A DNA stretch of 64,000 bases from Desulfobulbaceae bacterium (GTDB lineage Bacteria; Desulfobacterota; Desulfobulbia; Desulfobulbales; Desulfocapsaceae), in contig JALSMA010000001.1 in assembly GCA_026988015.1 (NCBI GenBank), forward strand, positions 11,156 to 75,155. The letters run 5' to 3'. The position numbers and the translations under genes were made by a program. Under the pieces are notes generated by a model, which made no database searches, was not told the DNA's origin, and saw only the letters and a list, made by a program, of their open reading frames with translations. This document shows, one piece after another, positions 56,612 to 64,000 of the stretch (positions within the stretch are counted from its first letter, which is position 1; each line of letters starts with the position of its first letter).

Positions 56612-57013
56612 TCATTCTCCAAAAACAGGAATAGCCTTTCTTTCCTCATTGATGGCCACCATGGTCACACTGGCCTCAGTTACTTTGTACTCCTCGTCGG
56701 TGCGTCGGGGATTGGCAAGCACATCAATATGGATTTCAATAGAACTTCTGCCAACTGCCACCGCCTGACACCAGAGACTGACAATATCCCCCACCTGTAC
56801 CGGGCGATGAAACTGGATAGAGTCCATGCTCACCGTCACAAAACGATGCGGTGCCTGGCGCTGCGCCTCAACAGCAGCTGCCTCATCTATCAAGGACAGA
56901 ATCATCCCCCCAAAGATATCACCATCAGGATTAGTGTATTTGGGGAGCATAACTAATCGGATTGAAGGCTCTTTTGAGGGTGGTTTAAGTTTATTAGTCA
57001 TGTTTTTCCACAC
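56612..57013 (-). CDS. hotdog-fold acyl-CoA thioesterase (YciA-like)
   Basis: 'MLPKYTNPDGDIFGGMILSLIDEAAAVEA...VTVSMDSIQFHRPVQVGDIV'. Confidence 0.75.
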   Translation of the reverse strand: MWKNMTNKLKPPSKEPSIRLVMLPKYTNPDGDIFGGMILSLIDEAAAVEAQRQAPHRFVTVSMDSIQFHRPVQVGDIVSLWCQAVAVGRSSIEIHIDVLANPRRTDEEYKVTEASVTMVAINEERKAIPVFGE

Positions 57014-57538
57014 TCCTTAATTAAAAGCGATATAGTGATTCCACTTCAGTAACACACTGAAATACAATAGAATTGACATGTTCGAAGAAATTACCCGCCT
57101 CACTTCAGAACATTTATTACCCATGTCAACCGCACAAAAAATATCCTCATCTCTCATCTTCACAGAAAAGTTCTGTAAATTCAAGCAATACCTGACTCCT
57201 CAACAACATCAAACAAGAGCTATTCTCTTAAGAGAAGAAAGTGTTTTCTACAAACATACCTTTTTGATACTTTCACCCTTAATTCCATGATGTTACCAAC
57301 AAGATAACCACGGATTACTCACGGAGGCTGGTGTTTGTCTTCATTTGCCCTTTTGTACTGTATAGTTTGACTGTTTACGTCCTATCCCATACAATACGTT
57401 GAAGCAATGCCTGAAAAATAAAAGAACTTGCGCCTCAATTGAGAGAAAAATTCTCATTAATCGACAGACACGAACTGAGAATCTTAGCTAAACTTCAGTA
57501 ACGTTAGGTACTAACCCCTGAAAAGGAACCATAGACTT

Positions 57539-57985
57539 ATGATGGAACTCACTAACCCGGGGCTGTTATGGCTCAGCATGGGCGTACTTCTTTTTGTTAT
57601 GGAAATGGCCGTTCCCGGCTTTATTCTCTTTTTCTTTGGAGTTGCCGCATGGATAACAGCCCTTGCATGCTATCTTTTCCCAGTGACACTTGACATACAA
57701 CTTGCCATCTTTCTGGGCGCATCACTGATTTCGCTCTTTGGGCTCCGGGGCATTGTCAAAAAAGTTTTTACAGGAGATGCTGTAGATAGTGTCGAGGACT
57801 CCATCATGGCAGACGGTGGGGAAAAATGTGAGGTAACAGTATCCATAATTCCACCGGCAGAGGGACAGGTTAAATTTTCAGGAACCTTCTGGCGGGCCGA
57901 GGCCAATGAGCAGATCGACGCAGGAGAAGTCGTTGAAATTGTAAAACAAGACGGCCTCCTCATTTCTGTACAAAAAATCAGCTGA
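57539..57985 (+). CDS. NfeD-family membrane protein
   Basis: Three N-terminal TMs and a C-terminal OB-like 'GQVKFSGTFWRAEANEQIDAGEVVEIV', upstream of an SPFH gene. Confidence 0.7.
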   Translation: MMELTNPGLLWLSMGVLLFVMEMAVPGFILFFFGVAAWITALACYLFPVTLDIQLAIFLGASLISLFGLRGIVKKVFTGDAVDSVEDSIMADGGEKCEVTVSIIPPAEGQVKFSGTFWRAEANEQIDAGEVVEIVKQDGLLISVQKIS

Positions 57986-58029
57986 CGACTCAATCCACAC
58001 GTTAACCATCTCAACCCTCGGAGAAACAA

Positions 58030-59016
58030 ATGGAAACTCTTACAGCCCTTGGTATTCTCATTGGTCTCATGGTTGTTGTTCTTATCAAGGCCGCAGTAGT
58101 TGTTCCGCAGCGCATGGAATTTGTAGTGGAAAGGCTTGGGAAATATCGCACCACCCTCCAGGCCGGTTTCCATATCCTTATTCCATTCATTGACAAGGTA
58201 GCCTACAAACGAAGTCTGAAAGAGGAACCCATTGATATATCAGCTCAAACCTGCATTACAGCAGATAACGTCACCCTGGAAGTTGATGGTATTCTCTACA
58301 TCCAGGTCATTGATACTAAAAAATCAGCCTATGGGATTGATAACTTTCACTTTGCAGCAGCACAGCTTGCCCAGACAAGTCTTCGTTCAGCGATTGGCAA
58401 AATCGAACTCGACAGAACATTTGAAGCCAGAGAGACCCTCAACGGTCAGGTGGTCATGGCCCTTGACGAAGCCGCAGAGAACTGGGGCGTTAAAGTGCTG
58501 CGATATGAAATTAAAGATATCCAGCCACCAAGGACAGTCCTCGAGGCCATGGAAAAACAGATGAAGGCCGAGCGTGAGAAACGTGCTGAAATAGCCAGGT
58601 CTGAGGCGGATAAGCAGTCCACAATCAACCGCGCTGCAGGTGACCGTGCCGAGGCCATTGCTCTGTCAGAAGGCGAGAAGATGAAACGTATCAATGAGGC
58701 CGAGGGTCGCGCCAGGGAAATCACCATGGTTGCTGAAGCCACGGCTGAAGGAATACGCCGGGTAGCTCAAGCTCTCAGTCTGCCCGGAGGGAGTGAAGCT
58801 GCCAATCTCGAAGTAGCCAAGAGCTATGTTGCTGAGTTTGGGAAACTTGCCAAAGAAAATAACACCATGATACTGCCAGCGAATCTGACCGATGTGGCCT
58901 CCATGGTAACAGCAGTCATGTCTACTATTAAACAGACCGAGGTGAATCCAGCACAACAGAAACCAGCCCCCAGACGAACAGTCCCTAAACCCAGCCCCCC
59001 CGCCCCTCAAGCCTGA
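58030..59016 (+). CDS. SPFH/band-7 (stomatin/paraslipin-like) protein
   Basis: N-terminal anchor, 'VVPQRMEFVVERLGKY', 'GIKVLRYEIKDIQPP' and a coiled-coil tail. Confidence 0.85.
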   Translation: METLTALGILIGLMVVVLIKAAVVVPQRMEFVVERLGKYRTTLQAGFHILIPFIDKVAYKRSLKEEPIDISAQTCITADNVTLEVDGILYIQVIDTKKSAYGIDNFHFAAAQLAQTSLRSAIGKIELDRTFEARETLNGQVVMALDEAAENWGVKVLRYEIKDIQPPRTVLEAMEKQMKAEREKRAEIARSEADKQSTINRAAGDRAEAIALSEGEKMKRINEAEGRAREITMVAEATAEGIRRVAQALSLPGGSEAANLEVAKSYVAEFGKLAKENNTMILPANLTDVASMVTAVMSTIKQTEVNPAQQKPAPRRTVPKPSPPAPQA

Positions 59017-59030
59017 TTTCATCTTCTCCC

Positions 59031-59060
59031 TTTCTGTCTGAGTTGAGCAACTCAGACAGA
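59031..59060. terminator. hairpin between convergent SPFH and der genes (possible bidirectional terminator, no U-tract)
   Basis: TTCTGTCTGAGTT / AACTCAGACAGAA is a 13-bp perfect stem with loop GAGC. Confidence 0.35.
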
Positions 59061-59077
59061 AAATCAAGCCATACCGG

Positions 59078-60427
59078 CTATCTTTTACCTTTTTTGTCCC
59101 TGTTCTTATCTCGAATAAAGAGTTGAATGGGAACCTTATCAAGCCCGAGTCCTTCACGAAACCTATTGGTGAGGTACCGTTCGTAGGAGAAGTGAACACC
59201 TTTTGAAGAGTTGCTCATGATAACAAATTTTGGGGGCCGGTTGCCAACCTGTGAGGTGTAGTAAAACTTCAATCTTTTATTTTTATAAATGGGTGGTGAA
59301 TGGTCTTCCACTGCATCTTTGAGTAATCTATTTAATGCCGAAGTCGGGAATACTGAGGTGAACTGTTTATAGACAGAACCAATCGTTGGAAAGAGACGCT
59401 TTATCCCGTAACCGGTAAGCGCAGAAGCAGTGAGAAGCGGTGCAAATCCCACAAAGGGAACTGCTAGAGAAATCTCGGCCATGATCTGCCGCTGCCGTTC
59501 CTTAACATCCTTCACCAGGTCCCATTTATTAACAACCAGAATCAAACCACGGCCCTGCTCCTGGGTATAACCGATTACCTTGGTATCCTGTTCGGTGATT
59601 CCTTCATCGGCATCAATTAAAACCACGGCGATATCACACCGCTCAAGTGCAGCCAGGGCCTTTAGTATTGAAAATTTTTCCAGTTTTTCCTTTGTCTTAC
59701 CTTTTCTTCTAATACCTGCCGTGTCAATAAGAAGATAATTATGTTTTCCATGGCTCAAGAGTGTATCAACAGAATCCCTGGTAGTCCCGGAAACCGATGA
59801 AACCACCATGCGATCCTGCCCCAGAATCTGATTTATCATGGAGGACTTCCCTACATTGGGTCTGCCGAAAAATGCAACCTTCACCGTACCTTCAGGAAGG
59901 CCAAGATCATCATCACTGGCTATCAGACTCTCCCCAAGCGCGTCCATAAGGGTGTGATATCCATATTTATGTTCTGATGACAGGGCCCAGAGTTCTTCCA
60001 CACCAAGCTCGTAAAACTGGGACATCTGCTCAATTTCCTGTTCCGGGCCATCAATTTTATTCACCACATAGAAGATAGTCTTCCGAGTACGGCGTAGCAT
60101 GTTGGCAACTTCCTTATCCGCCGGGGTTACCCCTTCCCGACCATCCAGGAGAAAAAGGATAATATCCGCCTCTTCAATGGCATTCAAAGCCTGGTCCCGG
60201 ATATGTCCTCCCATTGCATCGCCGCTGGAGTCCTCAATACCGCCAGTATCAACCAGCATGAAAAGTTTGTCATTCCACATAACCTTCTCATAATGCCGAT
60301 CTCTGGTAACACCGGGAGTGGGATCAACCAGAGCCTTCCTTGACTTGGTGATACGATTGAAAAGTGTCGATTTTCCGACATTGGGCCGTCCGACCAGTGC
60401 AACAACAGAATGGGTTTGAATGGGCAT
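59078..60427 (-). CDS. der: ribosome biogenesis GTPase Der (EngA)
   Basis: Two tandem GTPase domains ('GRPNVGKSTLFN' and 'GRPNVGKSSMIN') plus a KH-like C-terminus. Confidence 0.95.
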   Translation of the reverse strand: MPIQTHSVVALVGRPNVGKSTLFNRITKSRKALVDPTPGVTRDRHYEKVMWNDKLFMLVDTGGIEDSSGDAMGGHIRDQALNAIEEADIILFLLDGREGVTPADKEVANMLRRTRKTIFYVVNKIDGPEQEIEQMSQFYELGVEELWALSSEHKYGYHTLMDALGESLIASDDDLGLPEGTVKVAFFGRPNVGKSSMINQILGQDRMVVSSVSGTTRDSVDTLLSHGKHNYLLIDTAGIRRKGKTKEKLEKFSILKALAALERCDIAVVLIDADEGITEQDTKVIGYTQEQGRGLILVVNKWDLVKDVKERQRQIMAEISLAVPFVGFAPLLTASALTGYGIKRLFPTIGSVYKQFTSVFPTSALNRLLKDAVEDHSPPIYKNKRLKFYYTSQVGNRPPKFVIMSNSSKGVHFSYERYLTNRFREGLGLDKVPIQLFIRDKNRDKKGKR

Positions 60428-60439
60428 AATTATTTAATA

Positions 60440-60817
60440 TCAGAATTAATTTATTAGAGGAATTGATGGCAACGTTCATGGATCTAATCAACTCTTTGAT
60501 CTTACTCTCCAATCCTGCAAATTCGGGTTGAAGGGAACCGATGGCCTGAGCATTATGCTATCCCGCACTTTTGCCGCCTTCAACGGGTCCTCATTGGATC
60601 GCCGCAGCATTTTACTCTCATATTGCTTCAGCTCCTCCTTCTGCCACTCCTTAAAGAGAGAAACAGCAACGGATTCTATCCTTCCTATCCGTTCAGAGAC
60701 AACAGAGGCTGCTTTGGAGCTCTTTTCATATTCCCTGTTCAACTTGCCATAAGCCTTTTTACGAATTTATCAAGGAGTTCTGAATACAGGGCACAGGTAG
60801 AATAAACTGAAAGACAT
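60440..60817 (-). pseudogene. decayed remnant of a DUF2959-like gene
   Basis: Frame 1 gives 'KLNREYEKSSKAASVVSERIGRIESVAVSLFKEWQKEELKQYESKMLRRS'. A second frame gives 'HNAQAIGSLQPEFAGLESKIKELIRSMNVAINSSNKLI'. These resemble the central and C-terminal blocks of DUF2959 proteins (from memory). The N-terminal part is missing. Confidence 0.45.
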
Positions 60818-60864
60818 TTATTGCATAGCGATAAATACAAGAAAAAAAGAAGAGAAATAGAAAC

Positions 60865-61878
60865 TTACCCCCACAAACCGCTGATCGGGTAATTGCAATA
60901 TTGGCATCTACCATCTTTCAGGCAGTCTTTCAGAATAGAGAAACTGCGGCGTGTTATAAGCTCAGCTGCACAGGAAGGACAATAAGTATTCTCTCCACCA
61001 GTACCCGGTCTATTGCCAACATAAACAAAGTTGAGCCCTGCAGCAATCCCAATCTGTCGAGCTTTTTCAAGGGATTCCGGAGAAGTTGCCAGACATTCTG
61101 TCAGCTTATAGGCTGGATAAAAACCTGTCACATGCCAGGGAATGGAGGGATCAACAGACACAAGAAAGTCTGCTATTTCCTGCAATTCCTTTTCGCTGTC
61201 ATTCAGCCCCGGGATCAGTAATGTGGTTACTTCCACCCACACACCAGCATCAGACATACTTTGTATTGTATCAAGTACAGGCTGCAATCGAGCAGCACAA
61301 ATTTTCCTATAAAAACTATCACTAAAAGACTTCAGATCAATGTTTATGGCATCAAGGAAAGGAAGGAGCAACTTAACAGCCTCCTCACTCATATAGCCAT
61401 TGGAGACAAAATAATTCCGCAGGCCTTTACTGTACCCAAGCTCCATACAGTCAATGGCAAATTCGATAAATATGGTGGGCTCTACATAGGTATAACTGAT
61501 AGAATCACAGCCTGTTGCCACAGCATTAGCTACAATATCTTCAGCTGTCCGGAACTGACCGGGCACAGCATCTGCGCTAAACGATCCGGGTTGAGAAACA
61601 GAGGCATTCTGACAGTGACGACAGGAAAAGTTACAACCAACGGTGGAGATAGACAACGTTCGACTACCGGGGAACACGTGAAAAAGTGGTTTCTTTTCAA
61701 TGGGATCTACATTCTCGGCAACAATTTTACCGTAAACCAGACTCTGGAGAACCCCGTCTCTGTTTTCCCGAACTCCACAAAGCCCGCGCCTATGATTTGC
61801 GATAGTACAGAAATGATTACAGAGAAAACAATCAACATCGAGATTCTTTCTTTTGGTGTACAACAGTGCTTCTTGCAT
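60865..61878 (-). CDS. AmmeMemoRadiSam system radical SAM enzyme
   Basis: 'CFLCNHFCTIANHRRGLCGVREN', 'DPIEKKPLFHVFPGS', the radical SAM triad 'CNFSCRHCQN' and a C-terminal 'CPSC...CQYC'. Confidence 0.8.
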   Translation of the reverse strand: MQEALLYTKRKNLDVDCFLCNHFCTIANHRRGLCGVRENRDGVLQSLVYGKIVAENVDPIEKKPLFHVFPGSRTLSISTVGCNFSCRHCQNASVSQPGSFSADAVPGQFRTAEDIVANAVATGCDSISYTYVEPTIFIEFAIDCMELGYSKGLRNYFVSNGYMSEEAVKLLLPFLDAINIDLKSFSDSFYRKICAARLQPVLDTIQSMSDAGVWVEVTTLLIPGLNDSEKELQEIADFLVSVDPSIPWHVTGFYPAYKLTECLATSPESLEKARQIGIAAGLNFVYVGNRPGTGGENTYCPSCAAELITRRSFSILKDCLKDGRCQYCNYPISGLWG

Positions 61879-62235
61879 AAATTCTCAAAAAAAACGGATA
61901 AAAAAGGCCACAACCTCCCGACACCAAGACACTATTTTCGGCTCTTTGCTAATTGTAAGAAATGAGGAGCGAGGTGAAACAGGTTGACCAGGATCAGGGA
62001 GGACAAGTTTTTCAGGAGAAATATGATACAGAAGTCCTTCCAGGTGCCATTTTTTCATAATAACCTCCATCAAAAAAACAGAGACTTAAAAAAATACCTT
62101 TCCCCAGATGTCTCTCCAAATTAACATAACAGATCATTGTGGTCAACCAAAAACCACAACATATCGCAATAACGAAATCGTAACATACGATATAAAGTGG
62201 TGCCCCCAGTCTTCACGTCCCTTTTGTGATTTTTA

Positions 62236-63003
62236 TCAGCTTCCTTTTTCTGAGCTTTTCCCCCTTTTTTGCCACTCCCCATTAATATAAAGATAATGAG
62301 GATTAAAACGACTCTTATAATTCATTGCAGCAACATCTTTGATATAATAACCAAGATAAAGATAGGGGATATCAAGTTTGAGGCAGGTCTCAATCATGGT
62401 CAGGATATTAAACGTCCCAAGGCTTCGTGAAGCCGCATCGGGATCAAAATAGAAATAAACAGCATTCATCCAGTTGTAACCCACATCCACGATGCCAGTT
62501 CCAATCAACTCTCCCCGAAGATAATACCGGATTTCCATGCCGGGAATAATACCATTGCAAAAGAATCCCTCATAATAGGATCTGGCGTCATTATTTTTCT
62601 GCGGATAGCGAGTCCGAAGAAACTTCTCACATAAGGCCACATTTCGGTCACTTGCCTCAATGGGCGTAAATTCAACATCAATATCTTGGTTTTTTTTTGC
62701 AATCCGACGCTGGTTTCTATTGTAACACATTTCCTGGGGGTGAAGACGAATGGGAATACAGGCGGCACAGTCAGAGCAGTGCATTGTGTAAATGCAATTC
62801 CCGTTACGCCTGTATCCCGAGGCCAGAAAAAGCTCCATAATTCTATCGGAAAGGGGGGAAAACAACGCCTGATAAAACAGAGCATCATGGGGAAGATGAT
62901 ATGGACAATCCACAGCAATCTCAGCAAAAAACTGATCCATTCGGGGCCCGAGAAGACTGAAATCCCGAGCACACTGTTCATCATATAGCATTACTTTCTT
63001 CAT
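62236..63003 (-). CDS. bpt: arginyltransferase / aspartate-glutamate leucyltransferase (Bpt, ATE family)
   Basis: 'CPYHLP', 'GYRRNGNCIYTMHCSDCAACIPIRL', 'RNQRRIAKKN', 'SLGTFNILTMIE' and 'YLYLGYYI...MNYKSRFNP'. Confidence 0.7.
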   Translation of the reverse strand: MKKVMLYDEQCARDFSLLGPRMDQFFAEIAVDCPYHLPHDALFYQALFSPLSDRIMELFLASGYRRNGNCIYTMHCSDCAACIPIRLHPQEMCYNRNQRRIAKKNQDIDVEFTPIEASDRNVALCEKFLRTRYPQKNNDARSYYEGFFCNGIIPGMEIRYYLRGELIGTGIVDVGYNWMNAVYFYFDPDAASRSLGTFNILTMIETCLKLDIPYLYLGYYIKDVAAMNYKSRFNPHYLYINGEWQKRGKSSEKGS

Positions 63004-63030
63004 AGAAAAACAAAACCGGCTAGTTCTCTC

Positions 63031-64000
63031 CTAAACAAGCCCCTGATCAAGCATGGCATTCACCACTTTAACAAAACCTGCTATATTAGCACCCGCCACA
63101 TAATTACCCTTTGCCCCATAACTCTCACTCGCATCAACGCAGGTGCGATGAATGGACTTCATGATATGCTTCAACCTGTCATCCACCTCCTGACGCGGCC
63201 AGGAAAGACGCATGGAGTTCTGAGCCATTTCAAGACCTGAAACCGCTACACCTCCGGCGTTTGCAGCCTTACCTGGCGCATACAGAAGCTGATTTTCAAC
63301 AAAAAGATCAACTGCAGCCGGTACGGATGGCATATTGGCCCCCTCGCTGATAAGACGAACCCCGCCAGCCACCAAATTCTTGCCATCTTGCTCATTAATC
63401 TCATTCTGTGTTGCACAAGGAAAGGCACAATCTGCCTTATGGGCCCAGAGAGGATTATAATCTAGTTGTGGATCAAGGGGGGTGTATACAGCATGGGGAT
63501 AATTTTCAACATATTCACTAATACGTCCCCGCCTGATATTTTTCAGCTGCTGTACAAAAGCGATTTTTTCCCGGTCAATACCCTCTTCATCATATATATA
63601 CCCTGATGAATCTGAAAGTGTGAGAACCTTCCCTCCTAGATCGATCACTTTTTCCGTGAGATACTGAGCCACATTTCCGGAACCAGACACAATGCAGTTT
63701 TTCCCCTCAAGAGTTTCGTCTCTGGCAGCCAGCATCTCTGCGGCAAAATAGACCGTACCGTATCCAGTTGCCTCGGGACGAATCAGACTCCCCCCCCAGT
63801 CAAGACTTTTCCCGGTGAGCACTCCTGTAAACTCATTGCGCAGCTTTTTATACATCCCGAAAAGAAAGCCAATCTCACGCGCCCCGACACCAATATCACC
63901 TGCGGGAACATCTGTATTCGGTCCAATATGACGGAACAATTCCGCCATAAAAGATTGACAAAAACGCATTACCTCACCATCAGACTTTCCTTTGGGATCA
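63031..64000 (-). CDS. gdhA: NADP-specific glutamate dehydrogenase (5' end outside the window)
   Basis: 'DVPAGDIGVGAREIGFLFGMYKK', 'GSGNVAQY' and 'EGANMP'. The frame is open to the window edge ('PKGKSDGEVMRFCQSF'). Confidence 0.9.
   Translation of the reverse strand, partial: DPKGKSDGEVMRFCQSFMAELFRHIGPNTDVPAGDIGVGAREIGFLFGMYKKLRNEFTGVLTGKSLDWGGSLIRPEATGYGTVYFAAEMLAARDETLEGKNCIVSGSGNVAQYLTEKVIDLGGKVLTLSDSSGYIYDEEGIDREKIAFVQQLKNIRRGRISEYVENYPHAVYTPLDPQLDYNPLWAHKADCAFPCATQNEINEQDGKNLVAGGVRLISEGANMPSVPAAVDLFVENQLLYAPGKAANAGGVAVSGLEMAQNSMRLSWPRQEVDDRLKHIMKSIHRTCVDASESYGAKGNYVAGANIAGFVKVVNAMLDQGLV

Noticed and set aside
57078-57290. Listed 70-aa plus-strand ORF in the long thioesterase/nfeD gap
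   Set aside because: It has no SD and no motif, its composition is unremarkable, and it lies in AT-rich intergenic DNA.
61885-62073. Listed minus-strand 62-aa ORF between bpt and the radical SAM gene
   Set aside because: It is co-directional and ends 7 nt before the radical SAM start, so it cannot be excluded. However, it has no recognisable motif or SD, and I have no evidence of conservation. It is therefore not reported as a feature.

Overview
This is a densely coding chromosomal window from what looks like an anaerobic, sigma-54-rich, cytochrome-rich bacterium. A Desulfobacterota-like origin is inferred from gene content only. Most genes are housekeeping: prmA, mutY, ampG, cysS, tRNA-Gln(CUG), mpl, pntAA-pntAB-pntB, tilS, ftsH, resB, selB, mrp/apbC, ftsY, djlA, an aminotransferase, tamA-tamB, nfeD plus an SPFH gene, der, bpt and a 5'-truncated gdhA. 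I recognised no transposase, intact integrase, CRISPR array or rRNA.

Two co-directional regions stand out.

(1) 19.4-29.8 kb. A soluble PAS histidine kinase and a REC-PAS-AAA+ sigma-54 activator are followed by an array of GGGACA/TGTCCC repeats and a good sigma-54 promoter. That promoter drives two tandem paralogous 74-aa single-pass membrane proteins of unknown family, ending in a strong terminator. Next comes a tightly packed operon: an FtsH-family protease, a membrane sensor, a membrane-anchored multihaem cytochrome c, a Tat-exported NrfC-type FeS protein and an NrfD-type quinone-interacting membrane protein. The sensor's only cytoplasmic domain is a DHp helix pair resembling that of the upstream kinase, but with Asn in place of the phospho-acceptor His.

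(2) 39.2-50.9 kb. A signalling island sits behind a second sigma-54 promoter. It holds four receiver domains of one subfamily (two are close paralogs with a conserved C-terminal tail), a cytidylate-kinase-like/BON/REC fusion and a CBS protein. It also holds two ArsB/NhaD-superfamily permeases, a receiver-less PAS sigma-54 activator, a NifX-like protein translationally coupled to a Cache kinase, a kinase with a degenerate ATP-binding domain, and a small ferredoxin.

Other observations: a dispersed intergenic repeat family with 3-4 copies, an unlisted 53-codon ORF coupled to mpl, and a resB whose conserved N-terminal helix has no canonical start codon and lies in frame behind the selB stop. There is also a decayed DUF2959-like pseudogene, and two AmmeMemoRadiSam components sit about 52 kb apart. 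All family assignments come from motif recognition by eye. No searches were run.
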